Shown in pieces: positions 45,977 through 55,543 of a DNA stretch of 64,000 nucleotides (position 1 is its first letter; every line of letters begins with the position of its first letter). Position numbers and translations under genes: made by a program. Under the pieces are notes generated by a model. That model ran no database searches. It saw only the letters and a list, made by a program, of their open reading frames with translations, and had not been told where the DNA came from. The stretch is taken from the sequence record LT598654.1, one strand, 5' to 3'.

Positions 45977-46492
45977 TTAGGCGTCCCGTACATCATCAAA
46001 CGCGAATTCAACAGGAACTGGAATAGCCTGTGAAGACGAACCATCGAATGACATATCAGGTACAGTCTTAGGCCAGCAATTGACGATAGTAAACTCTTTA
46101 GCAATACTACCATCCTGCTTGAAGATACGGAAAGTACCGTTCTTAGCATAGTCTTCCTTGAAATTACCAAGCTGTGTGCTGTGGTCACGACAGAAAGTAC
46201 ACCACTGTTTTAGTGGAGTGTAGGTAGCCATTTCAGAGTTCTCAACAAACTCAACAGCCATACTACCGGTAACAGTAGATTTACCTGCGTGACGTACCGT
46301 ATGACCGAATACTTCAACAAGTACTTCTTCAATAGTAATACCTGGCTTGGTAGCAGTTTTACATTGAACACGGAAAACTTCTGTAGCAGACGAGTCTACA
46401 TCAGAAGGAAGTTCCGCGAAGATAAGCTCAAAGTTATCCGATAACAAAGGATCACCAATGTTAATCGCATCATCAAGTGTAGGTTTTGGCAT
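45977..46492 (-). CDS. Tail tube protein (T4 gp19-like)
   Basis: Directly after the sheath gene; CKTATKPG...HAGK...W...KEFTIVNCWP...VEFAFD. Confidence 0.88.
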   Translation of the reverse strand: MPKPTLDDAINIGDPLLSDNFELIFAELPSDVDSSATEVFRVQCKTATKPGITIEEVLVEVFGHTVRHAGKSTVTGSMAVEFVENSEMATYTPLKQWCTFCRDHSTQLGNFKEDYAKNGTFRIFKQDGSIAKEFTIVNCWPKTVPDMSFDGSSSQAIPVPVEFAFDDVRDA

Positions 46493-46507
46493 CGTAGTAA
46501 TTCCTAT

Positions 46508-48118
46508 TTATTCATAGCTGATTGCAGACTGTAATTGACCTGTTTTAGGAACTACAGCAGTAATGTGGATACGCTTAGTATAGCGTGTTGGGTCAAGGTA
46601 AACATCAACAATAACATCACCATTAGCGATAGTATCATTGGTATTGTTTCGACGGTCACACACAACTTCATACCAGTACAGACCACGACCACGTTTGATA
46701 GGTTCAAGCAATCCGTTAAGAGTTGCAGTTTGCTTATCAAACAACGTATCGTCGATTGGACGGAATACGGCGTATTGGTTATTGATCTGAATTGCAGCGT
46801 GTAACATACAAAGCAGACGACGAATACCTACATCATTAAGAGCAGACTTAACCGTATACATTGTATCAGCACCCCATACACGGATGCCTTGACCAGAGAT
46901 ATTTCGAATAACGTTAATCTGGTTTTCAACTAATGCGTTACGGTGACCTTGCTTGTAGGTTTCTTTAAGCTCAAGAGCGCCGTTAATGTAGCCTCGTTCA
47001 ATACCTGCAGGTGCATACCACGGGGCAGCAACTTCATCAGTACGGGCGAATACGGCAGCAACGTGACCTGAGGGTGGAACCCAAATATCAATACCGTTGT
47101 CGGTGTCACGGATTTTAATATCAGGACCGTACATAGCACTCAATGAACTATTAAGTCCAAGCGTGTTACGTCGGTAATCGATAGCTGTTTGCGTTTCCTG
47201 CAAGTCGCTAGGTAAGTCGAGGATAGCGATACAATCCTGACGTACTTCACAAACGGTATCCATTTTTAATTGGATAGCAGGGTCAGAGTAACCTGCGTTA
47301 ATCAGGATATTAACGTCTAACGATTCAGGGTCAGTGTACAGGTCCCATGCTTTGATAACATCACCGGTAGTGATTGCAGCACCATTGTCACCGTTGATCA
47401 AGTGACCGTTCAATTCGTTGTTCACATCGTCACGAATACCACCACCTACAGCGTTGATTAACACTGGACGGTTAGTGTTTGCGAATTCGTAATGGTTGGT
47501 ATTAAAACGAATGCGGATGTACTTAGACTTTTTGTTTACCTGGTCTTCGATATACATCTGACGGTTGGTATCGTTGGTCTTACGGAAGCAAGTTCCAATG
47601 TAAGTCTCAACAGCAACAGTAGACTCACCGTTGTATACACGCAGAACAAAAGATTCACCAGACGCATCATCGGTATTCGGATAGAATTCAATCCAAAGAT
47701 TGTTATTCCACTCACCTTCATCGCGACCGTACACCAACATAATGTCATTGTTGCCAAGAGTAATAGTACTTGGGTCTGCAAAGCCTGCTGACAGGTGGCG
47801 AGTAGAAGAATAGTTGTTGTCGGTGAAGACAATCATAGAACCGAACAATGCGTTACGCGCAATACGAGTAAAGTACAGACGATTGGCTTCTTCAAGAAAG
47901 GCTTCGGCACAGTAATGCGCTAAACCTTGTTTTGGGTGTCGAATTCCGAAAACAGAACGGAAATCTTCGTTATCTGTAACCAGTGTGGGTACGCCGATAG
48001 GACCTTTATGAGAAGCACCAACCATAGCACCGATAGAAGTTGCTGCGGCTGTAATGCGTTGACTCAGATCATTTTCGGCAGTATATACACCAGCTGACGA
48101 GCTATTGGTAGCAAGCAT
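46508..48118 (-). CDS. Tail sheath protein
   Basis: GVYTAEND...GASHKGP; WVPPSGHVAAVFARTD...WYAPAG..RG; WGADT; LNDVGIRRL. Confidence 0.95.
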   Translation of the reverse strand: MLATNSSSAGVYTAENDLSQRITAAATSIGAMVGASHKGPIGVPTLVTDNEDFRSVFGIRHPKQGLAHYCAEAFLEEANRLYFTRIARNALFGSMIVFTDNNYSSTRHLSAGFADPSTITLGNNDIMLVYGRDEGEWNNNLWIEFYPNTDDASGESFVLRVYNGESTVAVETYIGTCFRKTNDTNRQMYIEDQVNKKSKYIRIRFNTNHYEFANTNRPVLINAVGGGIRDDVNNELNGHLINGDNGAAITTGDVIKAWDLYTDPESLDVNILINAGYSDPAIQLKMDTVCEVRQDCIAILDLPSDLQETQTAIDYRRNTLGLNSSLSAMYGPDIKIRDTDNGIDIWVPPSGHVAAVFARTDEVAAPWYAPAGIERGYINGALELKETYKQGHRNALVENQINVIRNISGQGIRVWGADTMYTVKSALNDVGIRRLLCMLHAAIQINNQYAVFRPIDDTLFDKQTATLNGLLEPIKRGRGLYWYEVVCDRRNNTNDTIANGDVIVDVYLDPTRYTKRIHITAVVPKTGQLQSAISYE

Positions 48119-48160
48119 TTATGTATTACTCCTGTTTAAACCTTATTATTAAATTACAAA

Positions 48161-48559
48161 TCAAGCGTAAGTTAAGCGTATCGTTTGTTCAATTTCGGAC
48201 TCTATTGTTAGTCGTCCTTCGAACTTACCTGCAAAGCAGAACATGCGCTTAATATCTAACTCAAGGTTATTTGATAGGGTGTGGTCGTTAAACTTCAAAG
48301 TGAAGTCATACGGAGCCTGTACCATTACAAAGTGCTTAGGATTAAACTCAGGGAGCAACCAGAAGTCTACCTTTGTAACAAGTTGGCTAATGTCGTTAAA
48401 TGGATCAGAATGCGGAACCAACGCACTAGTTGACTGACGTACCAGAACACTTCTGGCGAACACGGTTGCGCTCGTTACGCTAAAATCAAATACTAGTGTG
48501 CGTCCAACATCCTTAGGACGTTGTAGAGCAGAGTTAACCTTTACGGGTATCGTCGTCAT
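48161..48559 (-). CDS. Hypothetical virion protein
   Basis: 132 aa between the neck-like gene and the sheath gene. Confidence 0.7.
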   Translation of the reverse strand: MTTIPVKVNSALQRPKDVGRTLVFDFSVTSATVFARSVLVRQSTSALVPHSDPFNDISQLVTKVDFWLLPEFNPKHFVMVQAPYDFTLKFNDHTLSNNLELDIKRMFCFAGKFEGRLTIESEIEQTIRLTYA

Positions 48560-49206
48560 AGGTCTATTTCCATATTGTATGTGATTTCACCTTCGTTATT
48601 GAACTTAGGTACACCCTTGTGAGTACCAATACGTCCGTCAACTGAGAAAGTAAATTCGTTACGGAATATTCCAGGATTAGCTTCATCTTCTATAACGCTA
48701 GGATTAAAGTTAACCACAGGACTGTCTGAATAGATACGAGTAGTGAACGGTAAACCCTGTCCGATAGGGATAAACACTTTAACATTTAAACTCTCCGTAC
48801 CAATCAGTATAGCGAAACGCTCCAAGAACGCTAGGTTATCTAACGGGTCATTTGTTTCATACACAAGATTACATTCTATACGACACGGGAAGGTATACGC
48901 CATGTAATATAGAGTGTTACTGTCTCCTGAACCTAGTCTATCACTACCTGCTCTTTTTAACGTCTTAACGTTTTGAGCAGTCTTAACCAGTTCCAAACTA
49001 GTCATCTGCCAATAGGCAAACGGGAAAGTAATCTTATCCGTGTTAGCATCTGCTTTGTATGATCCACGAGGGTCGTCATTAACCACAAGCGGAAAGTGAG
49101 GCCACATGAAACGGTTTTTGAACGCAGTCTTGACCGCTTGAAGTGTTGCGTACAAAGGTGCGTTTGTTTGTTTAGTACCTCCGAGGAAGTCGTTAGGTAT
49201 AGCCAT
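48556..49206 (-). CDS. Probable neck/tail-completion protein
   Basis: 216 aa alpha/beta; position between capsid and sheath genes; function inferred from synteny only. Confidence 0.5.
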   Translation of the reverse strand: MAIPNDFLGGTKQTNAPLYATLQAVKTAFKNRFMWPHFPLVVNDDPRGSYKADANTDKITFPFAYWQMTSLELVKTAQNVKTLKRAGSDRLGSGDSNTLYYMAYTFPCRIECNLVYETNDPLDNLAFLERFAILIGTESLNVKVFIPIGQGLPFTTRIYSDSPVVNFNPSVIEDEANPGIFRNEFTFSVDGRIGTHKGVPKFNNEGEITYNMEIDL

Positions 49207-49276
49207 TTACGCTCCTGAAACGAAAAAACCCTATGAAATGCTAAGAAAATTCCTAACACTTGCATAGGGCTTTGGG

Positions 49277-49681
49277 TTATTTGCTGAGTTTAATACTCAA
49301 CGGAGACTTGACCGTCTGCACTGTGGATGAATCAGCTTCTAAATCTTCTTCGTCATCCGAATCCATTGATTGACTGTTAAGGTAATCAAAGTCTTCGTCG
49401 TCAGAACGTAAAGCCTGACGTTTGCGACTCGTTTCCATTCCTTCCATTACTTTACGCATTGAAGAAGAAATTGAATCCAAGTCAGAATCAGGTTTCGAAT
49501 TAGCTAAACTCTCGGCAAGTACTTGTCCGGTATAGTTACCATCAAACAAATGTCCAATAAACTCTCCTGCGTCAGGATTGCTCATAGCCAATGCAAATAA
49601 TTTTGCAGCATTGTCGAAGTCTTTACGCTGATATGCAGTGCAAGATAAAGCCATCAAATCTCTTGATGTATTATCTTTCAT
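49277..49681 (-). CDS. Hypothetical head-module protein
   Basis: 134 aa; TPR-like N-terminal helices, acidic C-terminus with S-x-S motifs; GGAG RBS. Confidence 0.7.
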   Translation of the reverse strand: MKDNTSRDLMALSCTAYQRKDFDNAAKLFALAMSNPDAGEFIGHLFDGNYTGQVLAESLANSKPDSDLDSISSSMRKVMEGMETSRKRQALRSDDEDFDYLNSQSMDSDDEEDLEADSSTVQTVKSPLSIKLSK

Positions 49682-49698
49682 GCCCTATCTCCTACACT

Positions 49699-49722
49699 AA
49701 AGAAAGGGGAGACACGCTCCCC
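49699..49722 (-). terminator. Terminator downstream of the major capsid gene
   Basis: GGGGAG/CTCCCC stem followed by TTTCTTT on -. Confidence 0.65.
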
Positions 49723-49740
49723 ACCAACAAACCTAATAGA

Positions 49741-50823
49741 TTAGATACGTTGACCTTTAGCTACAGAGCGAACGTTACCCAGTACGAATGAGAAGTTCTC
49801 ACTCATTAACCAACCTTTAGTGGTTTCGCCTGAGTTCGCACCGTCAGTAGGAGTAGAACGGATACCGCGAGTTGAGTAAGCACCGTGATGCTCTGGGTTA
49901 GACAGAACGTAGATTTCGCCTTTTTCCAGAACACGTTGGTTTTCAGCGCGGAACGCATCAGTGATCAGTTCCAGACCAACCAGTGTACCGATCTTACCGT
50001 TTAATACCAGGTCGTACTTGCTTACTGGATCAAGCAGCGCAGAGAATTCTGCGTTACCGATAATGTCTTTCCAGTAGTCGTTAGACATGATCGCAGTTGA
50101 AGCAGGCAGGTTCCAATCAGTAACTTGCTCTTGGATAGACGCCAGCATACGAGGAGTCAGTTCACCAGAGATATAAGTCAGATCGTTAGCACGGCCTACA
50201 GATGCGTCAGCAGCACGTTTCCAGATGCGGTCTTCTGCAACCATGATCGATTCCATAGCTTGGTCACGAACATTACGCAGCAGGTCGCCAGCAGATTGGT
50301 CAAGTTCAAGTTGAGATACACGAACGTTACCTTTGATTTCGTATTCACTTGGAGTGAAGTGACGATCACGGATCAGTTGGTAACCCATTTCAGTCGGTGA
50401 AGTAGAAACAACAGCTTGTACTTCGTGACGCGGCATAGGAACACGTTGGTATTCGCCTTGACGCAGAGTGTTACCTACTGCAACGTTGCGCAGGAAACCA
50501 CGACGCTCAGATTGCTCCTGGATTTCTTCTGCAATAGCAGCACCCAGAGCAGCCCAGTCTTCAACAGAACTGTTAGCCTGTGCAACCATTTCAGCTTCGG
50601 CAGCTTTCTGTTCAGCAGAAGTAACAGATTCCTGTTTGATTTCGCCTTGAGAAGCCAAAGACATAATGGTACTGATACTTTGCATCAGTTCCTGTTTGTC
50701 GTGTGCGTTGATTTCACCGTTAGATGAAAGCGCCGTCATGCCTGAGCCGTTAATTTTCAGGCTTTCGATAGAGTCGCCGTTCGCAAGTACGTGGCGAAAG
50801 TTACGTGCAGATGATTTTTGCAT
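49741..50823 (-). CDS. Major capsid protein (HK97 fold)
   Basis: 360 aa; follows scaffold and decoration genes, own terminator, strong codon bias; AIAEEIQE..ERRGFLR...EDRIWK...GKIGTLVGLELITD. Confidence 0.85.
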   Translation of the reverse strand: MQKSSARNFRHVLANGDSIESLKINGSGMTALSSNGEINAHDKQELMQSISTIMSLASQGEIKQESVTSAEQKAAEAEMVAQANSSVEDWAALGAAIAEEIQEQSERRGFLRNVAVGNTLRQGEYQRVPMPRHEVQAVVSTSPTEMGYQLIRDRHFTPSEYEIKGNVRVSQLELDQSAGDLLRNVRDQAMESIMVAEDRIWKRAADASVGRANDLTYISGELTPRMLASIQEQVTDWNLPASTAIMSNDYWKDIIGNAEFSALLDPVSKYDLVLNGKIGTLVGLELITDAFRAENQRVLEKGEIYVLSNPEHHGAYSTRGIRSTPTDGANSGETTKGWLMSENFSFVLGNVRSVAKGQRI

Positions 50824-50869
50824 TTTAGATTACTCCGAATTCGTTAACAATTTAGTTGGCTACGCAGGA

Positions 50870-51571
50870 TTAGCCGACGCGCTTAAGGGTTAAGAAAGGA
50901 GTACCAGATGAAGGACCTTCTACAACGATGTAGTTAGTCAGTTCAGTTCCAGTACCACCAACAGTCAGCAGACCGTCAGTACCCAGGCTTGGGTGGATAG
51001 CGCCAGCCCAATCAGCAGAACCATCAAAAGTAGACAGTTGAATCGGATCAGCTTCAAGGATAAGACCTACACGACCCATTTCAGCAGCAGGATCGCCACC
51101 GATAGGACCGTCACCGTGGAATGCACGAGCTTCCATTACAGTTGGTTCGTAGTGATACTGTGCGAATACAGCTTTGTCTTCGTCGTCAGCGTGGAAGATC
51201 AGTTCAGAACCGTTAAGCGTAACACCACCCGCAGCAGCAGGAGCAGAAGTACCTACGCTAATGTCGCCGTCAGCAACAGCAGTACCATTGATTTTAACCA
51301 ACAGGTTACCTTGATCAGGAACGCGAGACAGGTCGAAAGAACCGCCTTCAACAACACCTTCGTTAACCATAGGCAGGAAACCAGGTGGTACAGAACGGCT
51401 GATTGAGAAACCTGCAAAGATTTCGTCAGCAGCACCAGTAGACAGACCTACCAGGTTTTTGCCGTTGTGTTGCTTGTAAACTAACGCCAGGCCTTCATCA
51501 GTGATGGCTTCACCTGGTACGTACTCACTGTCAGACGACTTAGTGAATCGAGTATTTTGATAAATGATCAT
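50870..51571 (-). CDS. Head structural/decoration protein
   Basis: 233 aa, G/A/V-rich, immediately upstream of the MCP with similar codon bias. Confidence 0.6.
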   Translation of the reverse strand: MIIYQNTRFTKSSDSEYVPGEAITDEGLALVYKQHNGKNLVGLSTGAADEIFAGFSISRSVPPGFLPMVNEGVVEGGSFDLSRVPDQGNLLVKINGTAVADGDISVGTSAPAAAGGVTLNGSELIFHADDEDKAVFAQYHYEPTVMEARAFHGDGPIGGDPAAEMGRVGLILEADPIQLSTFDGSADWAGAIHPSLGTDGLLTVGGTGTELTNYIVVEGPSSGTPFLTLKRVG

Positions 51572-51586
51572 GTTTGCTTCTCCGGA

Positions 51587-53524
51587 TTATTTAAGACCGC
51601 TAAGAACAGAACGCGCTCTGTTTTTAAAGTTGGCACTTGATGATTGCGACTGCATTGGAGCAGCAGCAGGTTTTTGAGTTTCAACAACACGAGGTTGCAG
51701 ACGATTTTCAAAAGTCTGGCTAACAGATTGTGTACCTTCTTTACGAGCATAACTCGCAGAAGCAACCATCTGTGCGATTTCGTTTTGAGAATCCTGTGAC
51801 TTGCTTAACAGAGTTTGAGTTTGATCAACTACCATCTTGTTAAAGTTGTCAGCATTCGCCTCGAATACGTTATCAACCAGTTCGCGGGCGTTCTGGATAC
51901 CAGCAGCCTTAAGCGCACTCGCCATGCTTTCGATAAGCGGATTTGTTTTACCTGCAAACACACCACGATTGATACCCATCATAGAGGTTGCAAGTGCAGA
52001 TTGTACACGTTCCATCAATACGGAGTCGCGTTGTTCTTGAGCCTGATTGTAGCTCAGTACTTTGGCATCTGCATCACCGATGATTTGGTTGCTGATAGCA
52101 GCAGTAACAACCTGGTCGTCAAAAGCAACAGCTTTAAAACCGAATTGTTCCAAACCTTTCTGTACGCCGTCAGCAGCAATAGCATTAAGCGTTGCAGTAG
52201 CAAAGTTTTGGTTACGGAAAATATCTTTCGCCGCACCAGTAACGTTTGATTCAGAAGCAACAGCAATAGGTGTTTCACCGTGCATTGCAATCCAACGATT
52301 TTGACCAGCAACTGTACCGCAGTTAACTAACGCGATAGACTCAGCAGCAAGACCACCTTCAGTAGAGTTGGCAACAACCGACATTACATTGATAGAAGCG
52401 GTAACGTTAGAGGAATCTGATTCAACGTCATCGTCTTCATCTTCGTCTTCTTCGTCATCCAAGCCGTCGATGCCGTCATCGTCATCTTCGTCTTCTTCAT
52501 CGTCGTCTTCATCGTCGTCCAGGTCTTCATCGTCGTCCGAATCATCTTCGTCGTCATCTTCATCAGAGGAAGCAACAACTTCAAAGTCATCGTCGAGTTC
52601 TTCGTCCAGGTCGGCGTCGTCTTCGTCCAGGTCATCCAGATCGTCCAAGTCTTCATCGTCGTCCAGAAGGTCGTCGGTGTCATCGAGTTCGTCTTCGTCC
52701 AGGTCAGCATCCATAGCAAGTACAGATTGCTCCAGGTCTTGAAGTTCTTCTGGGTCAACCAACGCAGTTGAGCATGAAGGACACAGGGTAACGTCTTCGT
52801 TAGAAGAAAGAACGTGCATACCGCAAGAATCTGAATCAACACACTGGTAATAGTGAGCGTTACCGTCAAAGTCAGAAGCAAGTGCTTCCAAGTTTGCAGA
52901 ACTTTCAGAACTCAGAGCCGCTTGCTTAACTGCTTCACCGCTGAACGGAGAGAAGTTAACGTTATCCGCGCTGTTTGATACGAAAGAAGCCGCACCGTCG
53001 CGGAAGTTAACCGCACCATTGGTATCTGCCAACAGGCTGATAAACTGGCTTTGTGCTTCTTCAAATGAGCTAGCAGCTACAACGATACCTTGTTCGCCTA
53101 CGATGCCGTCTTCAACGCTAGAGTCAGATTCAAGATCGTCTTCCAATTCGCGGTCAAAGTCAACGCCAGAATGGCAAGAAGGACAGTTGGCTACAGACTC
53201 ACAGCTATCAGCGATAATGTGAGTACTACATTCACTACACATGGTGTAATGAACCGATACCACATCTTCGTTATTGCTACTGTTTGACTCGATTTCAACA
53301 TCAACAACTTTCATCGACTCTTTACCTTTAGATAAAGGGTTAAGGAAAGTGTTGTGAGAACCAGCAGTAGTAGCCAACATAAACGAACCATCAGCGGAAG
53401 CGAGAACTTCCAGGTTATTCTGTTGAGCTACAGCCGCGTAATTCTTCACAGCTTGACCTCGAGTACTCGCAGTAACAACAATGCCTGCAAAGCTAGGTTG
53501 CTGGCCTTTTTGTTTTACTGTCAT
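51587..53524 (-). CDS. Prohead scaffold/core protein with Zn-ribbons and D/E tract
   Basis: Probable start MTVKQK (GAGGAG RBS); two Cys clusters; ~100-aa D/E run; helical C-terminus; first gene of the capsid operon. Confidence 0.7.
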   Translation of the reverse strand: MTVKQKGQQPSFAGIVVTASTRGQAVKNYAAVAQQNNLEVLASADGSFMLATTAGSHNTFLNPLSKGKESMKVVDVEIESNSSNNEDVVSVHYTMCSECSTHIIADSCESVANCPSCHSGVDFDRELEDDLESDSSVEDGIVGEQGIVVAASSFEEAQSQFISLLADTNGAVNFRDGAASFVSNSADNVNFSPFSGEAVKQAALSSESSANLEALASDFDGNAHYYQCVDSDSCGMHVLSSNEDVTLCPSCSTALVDPEELQDLEQSVLAMDADLDEDELDDTDDLLDDDEDLDDLDDLDEDDADLDEELDDDFEVVASSDEDDDEDDSDDDEDLDDDEDDDEEDEDDDDGIDGLDDEEDEDEDDDVESDSSNVTASINVMSVVANSTEGGLAAESIALVNCGTVAGQNRWIAMHGETPIAVASESNVTGAAKDIFRNQNFATATLNAIAADGVQKGLEQFGFKAVAFDDQVVTAAISNQIIGDADAKVLSYNQAQEQRDSVLMERVQSALATSMMGINRGVFAGKTNPLIESMASALKAAGIQNARELVDNVFEANADNFNKMVVDQTQTLLSKSQDSQNEIAQMVASASYARKEGTQSVSQTFENRLQPRVVETQKPAAAPMQSQSSSANFKNRARSVLSGLK

Positions 53525-53714
53525 CTGAATCTCCTCAGGAGTACTGTTAATGATACAAAGACGCTTTATTTTGCTGCACAGAGCAAGAGCCCTTTGCATA
53601 CTAAAAAATTAAGTATAAACAAAAAATATATAGAGAATTTTTGAGTAAAAATAGCATGTTTTTTCAATTATTTTTTGAGTGATTTTTAGCGTATTTTTGA
53701 CAAATTTTAGCCAT

Positions 53715-53740
53715 AAAAAAGCCCCGAATTAACGAGGCTT
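53715..53740 (-). terminator. Rho-independent terminator
   Basis: AAGCC..CG/CG..GGCTT stem with A6 on +; downstream of ORF 53759. Confidence 0.6.
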
Positions 53741-53758
53741 AGAATACGTTAAAGTTTC

Positions 53759-55534
53759 TTAATCATGGAAGAAAATAATAGCCTTTGTACCTCTTTTATC
53801 AAAGGAATTTATATGTATACGCCCAGCATTAGGCAACGTTCCTTCGTACACAGTACCGCCTACTAAACTCATGGGTTTAGCCTTGAGCGAGTCTCCTACT
53901 TTAGATAAAAGTTTTGAAAGCGCAGCCTTAGTTACTTCTGTACTAAAGCCTTTGTTATCCTTATAATCGAGTCGTTTTAAAGAAGTTCCTTTAATACCGT
54001 ACTCTTTCAAAAAATTACGTGCTCTTGCATCAGCAGTAAGGTCAGCACCAGGTTTATCCGAGTTTTTAATTTCTTCACGCTTAGCTTTGATCTTGTTCTT
54101 CAACTTAAGGACTTTATCCTTTTCACTAAAGTCCCAGTTTCGGTTAGATGTACGCCGCAAGTCTGTCAATTCATCCTGTAAGCGTTTTAACTCTAGTTTA
54201 AGAGTGTCTACTGTTTTAGGTTTAGCCGAACGCTTACTTGGAGAACTCTTTGTTTTGGTAGAACGAGTTAGCGTATTACGTCCCTTACCTGTAAACGCAG
54301 CGAATTTCTTACTGTTAAGAATTTTCTTAATGATCTGCTCAGGCACGATAGGGTTCGGTAAGTCAAAACTTAAATTACCGTCGTAGGGAGAATCGACACG
54401 CTTAGAGGTATTTCCTCGCTTCTGCGTCTTACCTACACCAGCAATAACCTTTCCTTTGTAGACTTGGATAGTCATTTTAACGCTTTTCTTTGAAGGGTGT
54501 GTTATAGATATAGAACCTTCGTTGGTAGCTGTAACATCATATCCTTCAGGAAGTAACTCTTTAGCCTTCGCTGCCATAGGCTTAAAAGCACCACGCGCAG
54601 TCTTAACAGGTTGCTTGGCTTTGTCTAAAGCTTTTGACTTATCTACGCTCTTTCCAGAAGTAGGCTTATCGGCTACCTTAGGTTCACTAGGTTCAGTGCC
54701 TCCATTCTCAACAAGCGTTAGTATACGACGAGCAGAGATACGAGGACCAATGTATGCCTTAGTCATGCGAGTAGCGCCTTTAGGCAAGGAGAACATGTGC
54801 CAACCCGGAGCAAGCATATTAGGAGCGCGTTTCTTGCGTCCCATCTTTGCACCCGCAGCAGAACCGCCTCGACCGCGAGGTGCAGCAGATTCAGAATCGA
54901 TACCCGCTTGGCTGCTTGATGTAGAGAGAAACTTGTTAGCTTTAGACGGTGTATCGATAAGAATGTTCTTACGTGCCTTTTGTTCAACTACAGTCTGGGC
55001 TTCGTCTTCGTCGAGACCTAAATCTGTAAGAGAAACAACAGGGTTACGACCATTCTTAAACAATGCCTTTGCTTTAGCTAGGTCACCTTTGTCACCTGTC
55101 AAGTCTACGGAAGAACCATCTTTAAACTTGAAGAAACCGTACATAACAGGAGACTTAGCAGTAACAGCACCTTTGGCATTAAGGAATTCTTCTTCATAGC
55201 TAATAGCTTCTGCCATCAATGTATCAATAGGTTCTTGATACTCGCCGTTGCCAATCGCTTCTTCAAAAGCAGAATGCAAAGCAAGTTCTTCTGCCGAATA
55301 ATCAGATGCAATTGCTTCCATTGAACGCAAAGCAAAAATCTTTTGCTTCATGCTCGGTGTATACTTGGCTTCTTTGGAAAGGCGTACAATAGAGAACACA
55401 CCACGTGCGCTCTTTAATACATAACGACCAGGCTGTGCATAAGCAACACGCAGTTTTGGTGTACTGTTCTTAACAGCCGTATCTATAGTTTTAGGTAACG
55501 CAGGTTTCTGCGCGGAGATTGATACGATTTTCAT
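53759..55534 (-). CDS. Large basic probable internal head protein
   Basis: 591 aa, K-rich; MKIVSISA start; two domains shared with ORF 55544. Confidence 0.7.
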   Translation of the reverse strand: MKIVSISAQKPALPKTIDTAVKNSTPKLRVAYAQPGRYVLKSARGVFSIVRLSKEAKYTPSMKQKIFALRSMEAIASDYSAEELALHSAFEEAIGNGEYQEPIDTLMAEAISYEEEFLNAKGAVTAKSPVMYGFFKFKDGSSVDLTGDKGDLAKAKALFKNGRNPVVSLTDLGLDEDEAQTVVEQKARKNILIDTPSKANKFLSTSSSQAGIDSESAAPRGRGGSAAGAKMGRKKRAPNMLAPGWHMFSLPKGATRMTKAYIGPRISARRILTLVENGGTEPSEPKVADKPTSGKSVDKSKALDKAKQPVKTARGAFKPMAAKAKELLPEGYDVTATNEGSISITHPSKKSVKMTIQVYKGKVIAGVGKTQKRGNTSKRVDSPYDGNLSFDLPNPIVPEQIIKKILNSKKFAAFTGKGRNTLTRSTKTKSSPSKRSAKPKTVDTLKLELKRLQDELTDLRRTSNRNWDFSEKDKVLKLKNKIKAKREEIKNSDKPGADLTADARARNFLKEYGIKGTSLKRLDYKDNKGFSTEVTKAALSKLLSKVGDSLKAKPMSLVGGTVYEGTLPNAGRIHINSFDKRGTKAIIFFHD

Positions 55535-55543
55535 ATAAAGTCC

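Noticed and set aside
36018-48118. Stand-alone contractile injection system (T6SS/eCIS/tailocin)
   Set aside because: Capsid, scaffold, prohead protease and DNA-metabolism genes are contiguous with it, so this is a phage tail.
52368-52742. Poly-Ser ORF on + strand
   Set aside because: It is the antisense shadow of the scaffold's GAC/GAT/GAA acidic tract.
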